A stretch of 63,887 nt of DNA from the IMG/VR virus record IMGVR_UViG_3300032335_001357, positions 1-63,887 of that record. One strand, written 5' to 3'. Below, one piece after another: positions 10,550 to 20,195 of the stretch. The stretch's first letter is position 1. Each line of letters opens with the position of its first letter. The stretch comes from a virus. Lineage: Duplodnaviria; Caudoviricetes. The notes under the pieces were generated by a model. That model was not told the DNA's origin, made no database searches, and worked only from the letters and a program-made list of their open reading frames with translations. The position numbers and the translations under genes were made by a program.

Positions 10550-10705
10550 ATGACACTGATTTACGACGAGTTCAACGACTGGTGGGTCTGGGTCGAATTG
10601 CATAATCATGACCTTGAGCTGAGTCCCCCGTTTGACGAAGAGCCAGACGCACTGCTTTGGAAAATACGTATCAAAAACATCTTGAGAGAAGAAAGTCGAC
10701 AATGA
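10550..10705 (+). CDS. Small hypothetical protein (51 aa, not in the ORF track)
   Basis: MTLIYDEFNDWWVWVELH...ESRQ*; fills the gap, and its TGA overlaps the next ATG. Confidence 0.6.
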   Translation: MTLIYDEFNDWWVWVELHNHDLELSPPFDEEPDALLWKIRIKNILREESRQ

Positions 10706-11625
10706 AACAACTATGGGTTGAACAATACCGTCCACACAGTGTGGCAGACTATGTGTTTGTGGATCAAGCACAACGTGAACAAGTGGAGTCGTGGGTGTCC
10801 ACTGGCACCATTCCTCATCTGTTGCTGAGTGGTGCTCCGGGCACAGGCAAAACAACATTGGCCAAGGTTTTGATTCAGGCCCTGGGCATAGACGACTTTG
10901 ATGTGCTATATGTCAACGGTTCCAAAGAAGGTCGCAAAATTGAGTGGATTGACCGACTGATTGGATTCTGTCAAACCATGCCGTTTGGGCAATTCAAGGT
11001 TGTGCTCATAGACGAAGCCGACTACATGAACAAGGATTCAGTGCAACCTGCCTTGCGTAACTTGATGGAAGATTACAGTCAAACTGTGCGATTCATCATG
11101 ACCTGCAACTATCCGCACAAGATCATTGAGCCTTTGCACAGCCGATTACAAGGCTTTCACATTGTAAAAACTGACCATACTGAATTCACAGCCCGTGTGG
11201 CCACAGTGCTGGTAAGCGAAGGGGTGCAATTTGAACTAGACACCTTGGACAGTTATGTCAAGGCCACTTACCCTGACATGCGCAAGTGTCTCAACTTGTT
11301 GCAACAGAATTCAACTACTGGTGTGTTGTCCGCACCCGGAGCCACAGACAAAGCCATGCGTGACTGGCGGCTAGATGCTGTGGATCTTTTCAAGCGTGGG
11401 CAGATTCGTCAAGCTCGCACCATGATCTGTCAGAATGCCAGTCCTGAAGATGCTGAAGAAATCTTTCGTTGGATGTACGACAATCTTGAGCTTTGGGGCG
11501 ATACTCCGGAACGACAAGATCAGGCCATTGTGATTATTCGCAACGGCCTGGTAAATCACAACTCTGTGGCCGATGTAGAAATCAACCTCAGTGCCACCTT
11601 GATTGAATTGTGTTCAATATCATGA
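10702..11625 (+). CDS. Clamp loader AAA+ subunit (RFC small / T4 gp44-like)
   Basis: LWVEQYRP, Walker A GAPGTGKTT, Walker B VVLIDEAD, RFIMTCN, PLHSR; start at MKQLW. Confidence 0.92.
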   Translation: MKQLWVEQYRPHSVADYVFVDQAQREQVESWVSTGTIPHLLLSGAPGTGKTTLAKVLIQALGIDDFDVLYVNGSKEGRKIEWIDRLIGFCQTMPFGQFKVVLIDEADYMNKDSVQPALRNLMEDYSQTVRFIMTCNYPHKIIEPLHSRLQGFHIVKTDHTEFTARVATVLVSEGVQFELDTLDSYVKATYPDMRKCLNLLQQNSTTGVLSAPGATDKAMRDWRLDAVDLFKRGQIRQARTMICQNASPEDAEEIFRWMYDNLELWGDTPERQDQAIVIIRNGLVNHNSVADVEINLSATLIELCSIS

Positions 11626-11924
11626 GATACATGCTGATACAATATGTGCGCAAACCCGATGGACGCATGGACGAAGTCATGAAAGTCACACGCAATCTCA
11701 AGACCTTGGACATTCAAACTCATCAAGTGATCTTGGATTTTCGTAAAATGCAAGTGGTGCAGGCCAGCCTTAACGGAGTTAGAGTGCCACCAGACTGGGA
11801 CCGCATTGTGGGTTACTACCATCAACATTATAAAGCCACCATTGATCGCATGCTGGCCGAAAACAACATAGTCATGGTCAAGGAGGACCCTAGTGAAAAC
11901 AAATCCCAAAACGATCCTAGTTGA
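11622..11924 (+). CDS. Hypothetical protein
   Basis: ATGA overlap with the clamp loader stop. Confidence 0.7.
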   Translation: MRYMLIQYVRKPDGRMDEVMKVTRNLKTLDIQTHQVILDFRKMQVVQASLNGVRVPPDWDRIVGYYHQHYKATIDRMLAENNIVMVKEDPSENKSQNDPS

Positions 11925-12480
11925 TGCTGACGGCGTTCTCTTGGACTGGGAATATGCGTTCTCAGTCTGGATGGAACAGCACGGACATGTCAAACAACAA
12001 GGTTCTGAGTTCATTTACGACATTGGTGAGCAGTATGGTATCATAAAGCCGCAGGCCAAACAGCTGATCAAGATTTTCAATGAGTCGGCAGCCATTGGAT
12101 TCTTACCGCCCTTGAGAGATGCTATGTTTTATGTCAAACGACTGCATGAAGAACATGGCTATCGGTTCCACTGCATCACCAGCCTCAGCCTGGATCCCAA
12201 TGCTGGCAAGCTGAGGGAAATGAATCTGCGAAAACTGTTTGGTAAAACTGCTTTTGAACGAGTGGTGTGTTTGGACACTGGTGCTGACAAAACCCAAGCC
12301 CTGGAACCGTATCGCAACACAGGTTTTTGGTGGATTGAAGACAAGCCCGAGAATGCTGATGTTGGCTACAACATGGGCTTGCGAAGTGTGCTAATGGAAC
12401 ACGGGCACAACATGAATCATGAGTGCCCGTACCCAGTGGTCAAAAATTGGCGTGAAATTTACGCGATAGTCACGTCTTGA
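11893..12480 (+). CDS. HAD-superfamily phosphatase (5'(3')-nucleotidase / T4 30.2-like)
   Basis: LVDADGVLLDW motif I, ITS motif II, WIEDK motif IV. Confidence 0.8.
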   Translation: MKTNPKTILVDADGVLLDWEYAFSVWMEQHGHVKQQGSEFIYDIGEQYGIIKPQAKQLIKIFNESAAIGFLPPLRDAMFYVKRLHEEHGYRFHCITSLSLDPNAGKLREMNLRKLFGKTAFERVVCLDTGADKTQALEPYRNTGFWWIEDKPENADVGYNMGLRSVLMEHGHNMNHECPYPVVKNWREIYAIVTS

Positions 12481-13208
12481 CCGTACAGCTTGAGCACTGA
12501 TCCAATCAAGGGGTGACGCTGTACATCGCGTGACTCCAATTCGCACACTGCAATACCCGACACCGGATGCTGAGCTAGTCTGGTGGCTAGGTCTAACAAT
12601 CCGTTGTCACCACGTTGTCGATCAGCTTGCTCAATGTCGCCAGTGATCACAATGCGGCTGTCTCGTCCAATGCGTGTCATCAACATCTTGACCTGAGCTG
12701 GTGTTGCATTTTGCATTTCGTCTGCTATGATCCATGAGTTTTTAAAGGTTCGGCCGCGCATGAAAGCCAGAGGCGCAATTTCCACAACCTGATCTTCTAT
12801 CATGGTCGCAATGTCCTGAGGGCGGTAGTATTCCCGCATGACGTCCAGCAATGGGCGAGTCCATGGTTCCATTTTGGCAACTAGGTTACCGGGCAGGAAT
12901 CCGTGCCGTTCATCCTCCACGCCCACTGCTGGTCGTGTGAGAACAATTCTTTCGGTTGCTCCTTCTCTAAGTGCTTGCACAGCAGCCAACATGGCCAGGT
13001 AAGTTTTACCGGTGCCAGCTGGACCCACTGTAACGACAATGTGTTGATCCTGATCTTTAAGGGCTAGCACAAGACGCTCCTGATTACGGCTGCGTGGCAC
13101 CAGGTCAATGCGTCGTTGACGCTGACTGGGTGTTTGTGCAAACGGAATGGTGTTTTCTTGTGCTAGGATCATACGTTTTTGTGCTTTCGCAGAGCGATTT
13201 CGACTCAA
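12459..13208 (-). CDS. phoH: PhoH-family ATPase
   Basis: GPAGTGKTYLA, LTRPAV, GFLPG, PLAFMRGRTF, ADEMQN, TRIG, TGD..Q; TTG start with AGGAG SD. Confidence 0.95.
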   Translation of the reverse strand: MSRNRSAKAQKRMILAQENTIPFAQTPSQRQRRIDLVPRSRNQERLVLALKDQDQHIVVTVGPAGTGKTYLAMLAAVQALREGATERIVLTRPAVGVEDERHGFLPGNLVAKMEPWTRPLLDVMREYYRPQDIATMIEDQVVEIAPLAFMRGRTFKNSWIIADEMQNATPAQVKMLMTRIGRDSRIVITGDIEQADRQRGDNGLLDLATRLAQHPVSGIAVCELESRDVQRHPLIGSVLKLYGQDVTIA

Positions 13209-13251
13209 GTCAATTTCTCCTAGTAGGTTAATGTGTCCCTGGGGACAGAAT

Positions 13252-13257
13252 TATTTA
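13252..13257 (-). promoter_or_regulatory. Late promoter (TAAATA) upstream of phoH
   Basis: TATTTA on the + strand, ~45 nt upstream of the phoH start. Confidence 0.5.
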
Positions 13258-13377
13258 AGGATCTTGCCGCCGAGTATTGTGTAGATAGATAGTGCCAAGA
13301 CACGGCACTAAGTATTAGGCTTTGCGGTCAACAGTAGATACATGAATGTCTGCTGACCGGGCATTTGCTGGTTGCGC

Positions 13378-13383
13378 TAAATA
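13378..13383 (+). promoter_or_regulatory. Late promoter (TAAATA)
   Basis: CTAAATA followed by an AAGGA SD and ATG at 13401. Confidence 0.6.
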
Positions 13384-13400
13384 CCCCAAGGAACCAAACT

Positions 13401-15674
13401 ATGCCCACAATTAACAAGCCATCACCAGTAGACGTCAATGCACCCGCACCTACTCCCATTGGACCACTGGATCGAGCACCTGCCCCAGTGGATGTTGGTG
13501 CACCTGCTCCTACTCCCATAGGACCGCCAGATCGAGCACCTGCACCAGTGGCGCCTGGCCCTGGACTGGGTGTTTCAGCTGGAAATCCTATTCCAGCAAC
13601 GTTGCCTGTTCAGGAAGCAGCAGTTGACCCCAACGTTGGCAGTGTTGTTGTACCTGATGTAGTGTACACAGTTCCCAGTTACATTGAAGTATTGTTGAGT
13701 AGCAACACTGTGGTACAGAATGCTTCAGCAATTGACTTCACTGGATCAGGTGTCACAGTTGCTGCCAACGGCGCAGTGGCCGTTGTGACCATTACTTCTG
13801 GTGGCACCAATTATGGCAACTCGAATGTTAGCACATTACTAGCTGGGTTTGGATCAAACACAATCAGTACCACAGGTAACGTAACTGCTGGTTATGTGTT
13901 TGGTAATGGATCTCAGTTGACTGGTATTACCACAACATACGGCAATTCAAATGTGACTACTCTATTGGCCAGTTTGGGAGCCAACACTATCAGTGGCACG
14001 GGCAACATCACAACCACTGCTAACATTTCCGGTGGATTTATTCTAGGCAACGGTTCACTGCTGTCTGGTATTGCTGCCAGTTATGGCAACGCCAATGTTG
14101 TGGCCAATTTGGCTGCACTGGGATCAAATCCAATATCAACCACAGGCAATATCACTGGTGGCAACATCTTGGGTGGCGCCAATGTCAATGCCACCACACA
14201 CACAGGAACTACCGTGAGTGTAACTGCTAATATCACAGGTGGTAACATACTCACAGGTGGCTTAATATCTGCTACAGGCAACATCATTGCTGGCAATATC
14301 TCTACTGCTGGCCTAGCTACATTTAGCAATGTTCGAATTGGTGGCAATTTAAATTATGCAGAAAGTGCAAATCTAACAGTAGTAGAAAACAAAAATGGTT
14401 TTGCGGATATTATAGCACAGAATCAAAATGCTGGCGGCAACGCTTCAATGAACATAGTTCTTGTCAACAACGATCCGGGCAATGTTTACATGGCTGTGGG
14501 TGTTAATTCAAGTAACTTTACTCCGTTGTATAATACACTATTTGAAATACCCGATGCTGGCTATGTCAGTCACAGTACCACCCAAGTGATGGGACCGCAG
14601 AGTGCTGAATCTGGTGTATCCAAAATGTATTTTACCTACAGCAGTGGCTCCCGCGCATTGGAACTCAATGACTTTGGTGCCATTGGGTGGGGTGCCAGTT
14701 ACAATGGTAATTTGACACAAGGTAATTTTGGTAATACTGGGCAGGTGTTGACCAGCGCAGGCGCAAATAGTCCTCCTACTTGGAACAATACTGTTAGTGT
14801 AGCTGGCAACATCACTGGTGGTAACATCAGTGCCACAGGCAACATTACTGGTGGCAACGTACTAGGTGGCGCCAATGTCAATGCCACCACACACACAGGA
14901 ACTACCGTGAGTGTAACTGCTAATATCACAGGTGGTAACATACTCACAGGTGGCCTGATATCAGCCACAGGTGCCATAACAGGTGCAGCTATAACTGGCA
15001 CAAGTCTGACAGTGAGCACTGGTAACATCACTGGTGGTAACTTGCTGTTGAGCGGTGCTGTTATTGATTCAGCCCAACTGGACATACAAACTTCTGCAGC
15101 CAATGCCAACATTGTACTCACACCCAATGGCACAGGCAACGTCAATCTTGGACGCATGAGCGCATCGGGCAACATCACCGCAGCGGCATTTTATGGTCCT
15201 TTGGTGGGTGCTGTGACGTCAAGCACAACAATCAGTGCCACAGGCAACATCACTGGTGGTAACTTGACCACAGCAGGTTTGACCAGCACAGCCAGTTTGA
15301 GTGTTACTGGCAACACTGCCACAGTGACCACAGCCAACTATTCAATTGGTTACTTGAATATCCCGCAAATAAGTCTAGCAGCCAATGCCACAGCTGCCTT
15401 GGTTGATTCGGGCAAACACTACTACTCAACCACAGCCGGCAACTTGCAACTCACATTGCCGGACAATGCCAACGTGGCATTCCCAGTGGGCACAGCACTC
15501 AGTGTTGTGGTCCAAGCAGCAGGCAACGTGCTAGTAGTAACACAGCCAAGCACCACACTTTACCTGGGCGGCAACTCCACAGCCGGCAACAGAGTCATCA
15601 GCACATACGGCATGGCCACAATTATGAAAGTGGCCACCAATACTTGGTTCATCAACGGCACAGGAGTTGCGTAA
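13401..15674 (+). CDS. Tail fibre-like protein with Pro-rich N-terminus and GNITGGN repeats
   Basis: YGNSNV and TGNITGGN repeats; C-terminal fibre-tip-like domain (FPVGT...ATIMKVATNTWFING). Confidence 0.75.
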   Translation: MPTINKPSPVDVNAPAPTPIGPLDRAPAPVDVGAPAPTPIGPPDRAPAPVAPGPGLGVSAGNPIPATLPVQEAAVDPNVGSVVVPDVVYTVPSYIEVLLSSNTVVQNASAIDFTGSGVTVAANGAVAVVTITSGGTNYGNSNVSTLLAGFGSNTISTTGNVTAGYVFGNGSQLTGITTTYGNSNVTTLLASLGANTISGTGNITTTANISGGFILGNGSLLSGIAASYGNANVVANLAALGSNPISTTGNITGGNILGGANVNATTHTGTTVSVTANITGGNILTGGLISATGNIIAGNISTAGLATFSNVRIGGNLNYAESANLTVVENKNGFADIIAQNQNAGGNASMNIVLVNNDPGNVYMAVGVNSSNFTPLYNTLFEIPDAGYVSHSTTQVMGPQSAESGVSKMYFTYSSGSRALELNDFGAIGWGASYNGNLTQGNFGNTGQVLTSAGANSPPTWNNTVSVAGNITGGNISATGNITGGNVLGGANVNATTHTGTTVSVTANITGGNILTGGLISATGAITGAAITGTSLTVSTGNITGGNLLLSGAVIDSAQLDIQTSAANANIVLTPNGTGNVNLGRMSASGNITAAAFYGPLVGAVTSSTTISATGNITGGNLTTAGLTSTASLSVTGNTATVTTANYSIGYLNIPQISLAANATAALVDSGKHYYSTTAGNLQLTLPDNANVAFPVGTALSVVVQAAGNVLVVTQPSTTLYLGGNSTAGNRVISTYGMATIMKVATNTWFINGTGVA
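13425..13550 (+). repeat. ~60-nt coding tandem repeat (PVDV.APAPTPIGP.DRAPA, two copies)
   Basis: Visible in both DNA and protein. Confidence 0.8.
14172..14954 (+). repeat. Identical 90-nt direct repeat (14172-14261 and 14865-14954) inside the fibre gene
   Basis: ggtggcgccaatgtcaatgcc...catactcacaggtggc occurs twice with no mismatch. Confidence 0.95.
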
Positions 15675-16375
15675 TGAGCGGTATCATGCAAGCCGCCATT
15701 GGCAACTGGAAACCGTCTGGAGTCGCCGCACCTGTATTGGTATACGATTTAGATGCCGCAAACTATGCAGCAGTACCTGTAAATGGTTCTACTGTGGCTG
15801 GCACAGGTGCGTTCCCTATCACCGTGGCCAATGCTGGTGGCAGTGTTGGTTGGTCAGCTACCAATGGTGGAATATTTACTAAATCCAATTCTACTGGCAC
15901 AGACACTATGTTTGGTGGTCCTAACTATGTAACTGGACAGAGTTACAGTGTGTTTATGGCATATCAAAGAACTGCTGTTTCCACTGGACGATTGTTAAAC
16001 ACCCAGAGCGAGGCTAGCAAAGACTGGCTCATGGGCCTTTACAATGGAAATCCTGACACGTTCTATCCTAACTATGCAGTTAATTTACCTGGGTCAGGAG
16101 CTGATCTCATATGGCACTTTGGCTGGGGCACCTGGAACGATAGTACCAAATTAGGACAATTGTACACTGCAACAAACACTCAACCAACTGGTACATCATT
16201 TGCTGTGACCAATGCCGGCGGTGGTGGTTTCAATCAGTTGAGAATGTGGAGCCGTTCATCGGGCAGTGAAGTGCAGACTGCTAACATAGGATTTATCAAG
16301 GTCTACAACGGTGTGCTGGATTTAGCCACTGTGCAATCCTTGTATGCCACATACAAAGCAAGATTTGGCTACTGA
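15674..16375 (+). CDS. LamG/concanavalin-A-like virion protein
   Basis: LVYDLDAANY start and IGFIKVYNGVL...YATYKARFG end are typical of phage LamG-like domains; TAATG coupling. Confidence 0.7.
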   Translation: MSGIMQAAIGNWKPSGVAAPVLVYDLDAANYAAVPVNGSTVAGTGAFPITVANAGGSVGWSATNGGIFTKSNSTGTDTMFGGPNYVTGQSYSVFMAYQRTAVSTGRLLNTQSEASKDWLMGLYNGNPDTFYPNYAVNLPGSGADLIWHFGWGTWNDSTKLGQLYTATNTQPTGTSFAVTNAGGGGFNQLRMWSRSSGSEVQTANIGFIKVYNGVLDLATVQSLYATYKARFGY

Positions 16376-16387
16376 TTGCAGAATCCA

Positions 16388-16393
16388 TAAATA
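16388..16393 (+). promoter_or_regulatory. Late promoter (TAAATA), leaderless spacing
   Basis: CATAAATA, 7 nt, ATG at 16401; no SD. Confidence 0.65.
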
Positions 16394-16400
16394 TTACACT

Positions 16401-17000
16401 ATGCAAACAAAGAACTCACACGGCATACACGATCGCGAAATATTCCGCAATCACGAAGATTATTGGCAAGTGGCCGACAACATTCGTGACATCTACATGA
16501 GCGACGGCAGCATCACCACACTCTTGGATTTTGAACGAGTACTGGACGAAGTTGATGTGTATGCATTCCGCAACTGGGAAATAGGCGAGCTGGTGAGCGG
16601 CCCTGACATTGGTCGCTATCGCGTGACCTGCACATTTATGTGGCCTGAAAAAATGATGCCTGACCCACGCGGTGGGCGCAGATTGCTGCCCTATGACTGT
16701 GAAGTCAACTATCGCAGAATCATGATGCAGATTCCGGTGAAAATTGACGATCCTTCAGACTATCGTCCCGGAACCAAAAAAGCCAAAATGATCGAACGTC
16801 CGGTGTGGTTGGTAGAAATCACCATGCCCAAGAGTCTCATGAATGACATCCGTACAGGAAGTATTGAGATGGAAGACGAGGAAATTGATCTAGAAGAATT
16901 GGATCAGGCCTATGAACAGGACCTGGATCAAGAAGAATATCAAAATGACGAAAAGGCCCAAGATGCTCAACAATCGCTACAACAACCGGCCGCTGTTTGA
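16401..17000 (+). CDS. Hypothetical protein with acidic C-terminus
   Basis: ORF from MQTKNS, directly after the late promoter. Confidence 0.75.
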   Translation: MQTKNSHGIHDREIFRNHEDYWQVADNIRDIYMSDGSITTLLDFERVLDEVDVYAFRNWEIGELVSGPDIGRYRVTCTFMWPEKMMPDPRGGRRLLPYDCEVNYRRIMMQIPVKIDDPSDYRPGTKKAKMIERPVWLVEITMPKSLMNDIRTGSIEMEDEEIDLEELDQAYEQDLDQEEYQNDEKAQDAQQSLQQPAAV

Positions 17001-17523
17001 AGGCTTGCAGTATCGTGACCTAGAAGGCATGATGAAGCCCACTATTCACGTGGACGAATTTGCCGCCAAAATGGGCGACGACGATGACATCATTGTGATC
17101 AGCTTTTTTGTGCGTGATCAAAACGCAGCCAAGGATCTTGTGAACTGGTTTGAAAAAGGTTATGACTTTGTGTTGGACGCTGACCGCTCGCCGGGCGAAA
17201 TTCGTCCGGGACGCTACTTGGTGTATGTGGAAATTCGTCGTCGCAGTGCTGCCCCGGGCCTGGTTCAAGAGTTATTGACCGACCTTGGTACCTTGACCGA
17301 ATACGAACCTGACCAGTGGATCATGCATTACAACAATCAAGATCATGACTGGAGCGAAGATACTTTTGCTGACTTGGTGCCGCTTACGCCCGACGCATAC
17401 CGCGAGCGTCACAGTGGTGACTTAAATGAAATGCGGGTGGCAGCTGGTCTTACACCACGGCCAGTACATGACACAACCAGACCCGACCTAAGAGCTCTAA
17501 AGTCAGCAGCAGGAATACTGTGA
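16963..17523 (+). CDS. Hypothetical protein
   Basis: Overlaps the previous gene; start uncertain (16945 or 16963). Confidence 0.7.
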   Translation: MLNNRYNNRPLFEGLQYRDLEGMMKPTIHVDEFAAKMGDDDDIIVISFFVRDQNAAKDLVNWFEKGYDFVLDADRSPGEIRPGRYLVYVEIRRRSAAPGLVQELLTDLGTLTEYEPDQWIMHYNNQDHDWSEDTFADLVPLTPDAYRERHSGDLNEMRVAAGLTPRPVHDTTRPDLRALKSAAGIL

Positions 17524-17876
17524 TGCGTTATAGAGAGATTCTTGAAGCCTGCTGGACTGGCTACCAACAACAGGGTATGAAGCGCAAAGGCAATCGCCAG
17601 GTACCCAACTGTGTGGCCGTGAGTGAAGCTGAGTTGGAAGAGAATCTGCGCGACTGGTTCAAGCAAAAGTGGGTGCGTTTTGGCCCTGATGGCAAAATTC
17701 GCGGCGCCTGTGCTAGAGGATCAGAATCTGAAGGCAAGCCCAAATGTTTGCCTGCTGCCAAGGCACATGGCCTTGGCAAAAAAGGTCGTGCGTCAGCTGC
17801 GTCTAGAAAGCGCAGGCAAGACCCCAATCCTGAACGTAGAGGAGCAGCCATCAACGTGGCCACTAAGAAAAAATGA
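17523..17876 (+). CDS. Basic modular protein, putative Glu-cleaved head-internal protein
   Basis: MRYREILE leader; CWTGY...VPNCV module and LRDWFKQKW...KPKCLP module separated by an acidic EAELEE linker. Confidence 0.7.
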   Translation: MRYREILEACWTGYQQQGMKRKGNRQVPNCVAVSEAELEENLRDWFKQKWVRFGPDGKIRGACARGSESEGKPKCLPAAKAHGLGKKGRASAASRKRRQDPNPERRGAAINVATKKK

Positions 17877-19573
17877 TTGTAAACGACTTATTTGAATCAT
17901 CACAACAATGCCCCGAGTGCGGCGGCCCGGCCTTTAGTGATCTAATCCTGGCCGAAAAGAAAGACGCTTGCTACAGCAAAGTTCGCAGTCGCTACAAGGT
18001 ATGGCCCAGTGCGTATGCGTCAGGCGCCTTGGTGCAGTGCCGCAAAAAAGGTGCTGCCAACTGGGGCAACAAGTCGGAAGGTGTGATGGAAATGGACAAA
18101 TCACAAACTCCTCCAGGGCGTGATGGTAGTAACGATTCAGACGCCGGTAAGAAAGAATACACTGCTAAAGCAACCACTGCTAAAAAAGTAGCCAAGGATG
18201 CTGAAAAGATTCTAAACAAAGAGTTAAACAAGAAGCAAGGCATGGCGGAGGCTGTGCCGGGCAACGAATACTCAAGAGTATTAACAGCTCTAAGACTTTA
18301 TTATCCAAGATTCGAGATAGAAGAACTCAATACTCCAGACTGGCATCGAGTCATTGCCAACAAAGCCAACGTGACGCCAGAATATGCTGGACAAGTCATT
18401 GACGACTTTGTGAAAGCTAGTCAACCCGACGAAGAAGAAAATCTTGATTGGATGGATGATACAAATGATGTAAGAGAAGGTGTGGCGGAAGAAAGAATAC
18501 AAGAAATACAACGAACCCCAGGCGATAAAGAAGGCCTGAGCACAAAAGGTCAAAGTTACGGCAAAGAAACTTTGTCAAAGATCAAGATGTTGCCAGGCAG
18601 TCAGCGTTTTGGTTATACTGCCGGTGATGCCGGCCGTGCAGGCTCATTCTTAACTGGTGCTGATACTATCATTGAACTATTTGATGTAAAACACCCCGAG
18701 GATGGGCTAAGAAAAGCAGGCTTCCTATTATTGCGTTCAGCACCATGGTTCCCCATCAAAAACAGCTATCAAGTTGCCAATGTTGCCATAGATGATGAAT
18801 ATCGCAGTCAGGGACTGGGACAAAATCTCTACGGTATAGCAATGAAATTATTGGGCATGACCATTGTGGCAGATGATAGCCAAACTCCTCAGGCTCGTAG
18901 TTCATGGCTACGTTTGTCACAGATCCCAGGAGTGTCAATCAATGGCTACACATCTGTATTTGCTGATGACTGGGACAACCAAGACAATCGCAGTGAAATA
19001 TATGATGAAAGTGCCAAACGACTGATTAGTGCTTTGTTGCGAGCCGGTGGCCAAGAGCTCGGCGAAACTTCACCCTTTGTATATGTAAGTTTTCCAGTAG
19101 GAGCCAATGCTGACAGAACTGAATTACAGTCCATACAAAAAGGCATTGCCATCTACAGTGCTCGTCATCCTGAAGATGGTGGCACCCCGCATGGATTGTA
19201 TGCTAGATGGGGCGGTCCAGTTAGAGAACAAGGTGTGGCGGAAGCTGGTCGCTATGGCAGTCGCAACCCCGACCTCATGAGCCCCAGCGACTATGATCGC
19301 TATCAACAAGATCAAATGGATCAAGGCCGACGTGCTTTCAAACGACAGGAACTGGGACAAGAACTGGCTGGCGAAGAAGAAGCCTATCGCAGAGAAATGT
19401 CAGGCACTTGGTATATTCGCATCAATGGCAAAATTCTCAAAGACAAGCAAGGCCAGCCGTTCACATTCCGTGGCAAAGCCGCTGCCAATCGAGCCGCTGT
19501 GACCATGATGGCCAAGCCATTCAATGCTGGCAAACAGTTCACACTGACCACCACTGCCGCAGATCGGGTCTAA
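17873..19573 (+). CDS. Modular polyprotein (GVAE-delimited) containing a GNAT acetyltransferase domain
   Basis: MIVNDLFE leader; EGVME/QGMAE/EGVAE/QGVAE linkers; VAIDDEYRSQGLG acetyl-CoA motif. Confidence 0.75.
   Translation: MIVNDLFESSQQCPECGGPAFSDLILAEKKDACYSKVRSRYKVWPSAYASGALVQCRKKGAANWGNKSEGVMEMDKSQTPPGRDGSNDSDAGKKEYTAKATTAKKVAKDAEKILNKELNKKQGMAEAVPGNEYSRVLTALRLYYPRFEIEELNTPDWHRVIANKANVTPEYAGQVIDDFVKASQPDEEENLDWMDDTNDVREGVAEERIQEIQRTPGDKEGLSTKGQSYGKETLSKIKMLPGSQRFGYTAGDAGRAGSFLTGADTIIELFDVKHPEDGLRKAGFLLLRSAPWFPIKNSYQVANVAIDDEYRSQGLGQNLYGIAMKLLGMTIVADDSQTPQARSSWLRLSQIPGVSINGYTSVFADDWDNQDNRSEIYDESAKRLISALLRAGGQELGETSPFVYVSFPVGANADRTELQSIQKGIAIYSARHPEDGGTPHGLYARWGGPVREQGVAEAGRYGSRNPDLMSPSDYDRYQQDQMDQGRRAFKRQELGQELAGEEEAYRREMSGTWYIRINGKILKDKQGQPFTFRGKAAANRAAVTMMAKPFNAGKQFTLTTTAADRV
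18477..19244 (+). repeat. 15-nt direct repeat AAGGTGTGGCGGAAG (18477-18491, 19230-19244), with degenerate copies at 18077-18091 and 18236-18250
   Basis: Read directly; the two exact copies flank the GNAT module. Confidence 0.9.
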
Positions 19574-19574
19574 C

Positions 19575-19784
19575 ATGCGAGCCCAGGAGTTTGTCACAGA
19601 AGCACAGAATCTGCCATCAGGTTTTGCTCTGTATCGAGCTCGTGTGCGGGTCAAGCAACCCTTGTACACCAACAGTATCGAAGTGGCAGTGTATGCCAAA
19701 AGTGTGGGCGAAGCCACTGCATTGTTGCGAGCACAGTACGGATCTGACGCAGTGGTCACTGCTGTATCAAAGGTAGAATCATGA
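19575..19784 (+). CDS. Small protein with MRAQEF leader
   Basis: Leader shared with 20196, 45572 and 47175. Confidence 0.7.
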   Translation: MRAQEFVTEAQNLPSGFALYRARVRVKQPLYTNSIEVAVYAKSVGEATALLRAQYGSDAVVTAVSKVES

Positions 19785-20194
19785 GAGAACTTATTAACTT
19801 TATAGAAGCTGTGCAACAGGGCTGTCCACCAGCCACGCAGAGCATTGACCTCAACTTGAAAAATCGCAAAAAGGCCATTGACGAATATGGCTATGGCCCT
19901 TTAGATCCCAATGAACCCAATGAAGAGTTTTGGCAAGCCAAGGCCGATGAGTGGAACATGAGTGATCCTGAAGATGCTAAATCAGCACTGTGTGGTAACT
20001 GTGCTGCTTTTGACATCACCAGCAAGATGCAGGATTGCATTGCTCGCGGCATTGGTGCAGAGTCTGGATCAGATCCTGCCAGCACCATAGACGCTGGCAC
20101 TTTGGGTTACTGCAAGTTTCTCAAGTTCAAGTGTGCAGCCAAGCGTACCTGCGATGCTTGGGTCGAAGGCGGACCTATTCGGGACAAAGACTAA
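19781..20194 (+). CDS. Cys-rich protein with MRELINFIE leader
   Basis: CGNCAAF...GYCKF..KC...TCDAW. Confidence 0.75.
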   Translation: MRELINFIEAVQQGCPPATQSIDLNLKNRKKAIDEYGYGPLDPNEPNEEFWQAKADEWNMSDPEDAKSALCGNCAAFDITSKMQDCIARGIGAESGSDPASTIDAGTLGYCKFLKFKCAAKRTCDAWVEGGPIRDKD

Positions 20195-20195
20195 C

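Noticed and set aside
13209-13377. Short hairpins in the phoH/fibre intergenic region as an ncRNA
   Set aside because: Mostly short or G-U-rich stems; adequately explained as a divergent promoter region.
139-15178. Long minus-strand ORFs opposite the fibre genes (e.g. 139-579, 583-1089, 14699-15178)
   Set aside because: Shadows of Gly/Asn/Thr codon repeats that lack reverse-frame stops; no SD or motifs.
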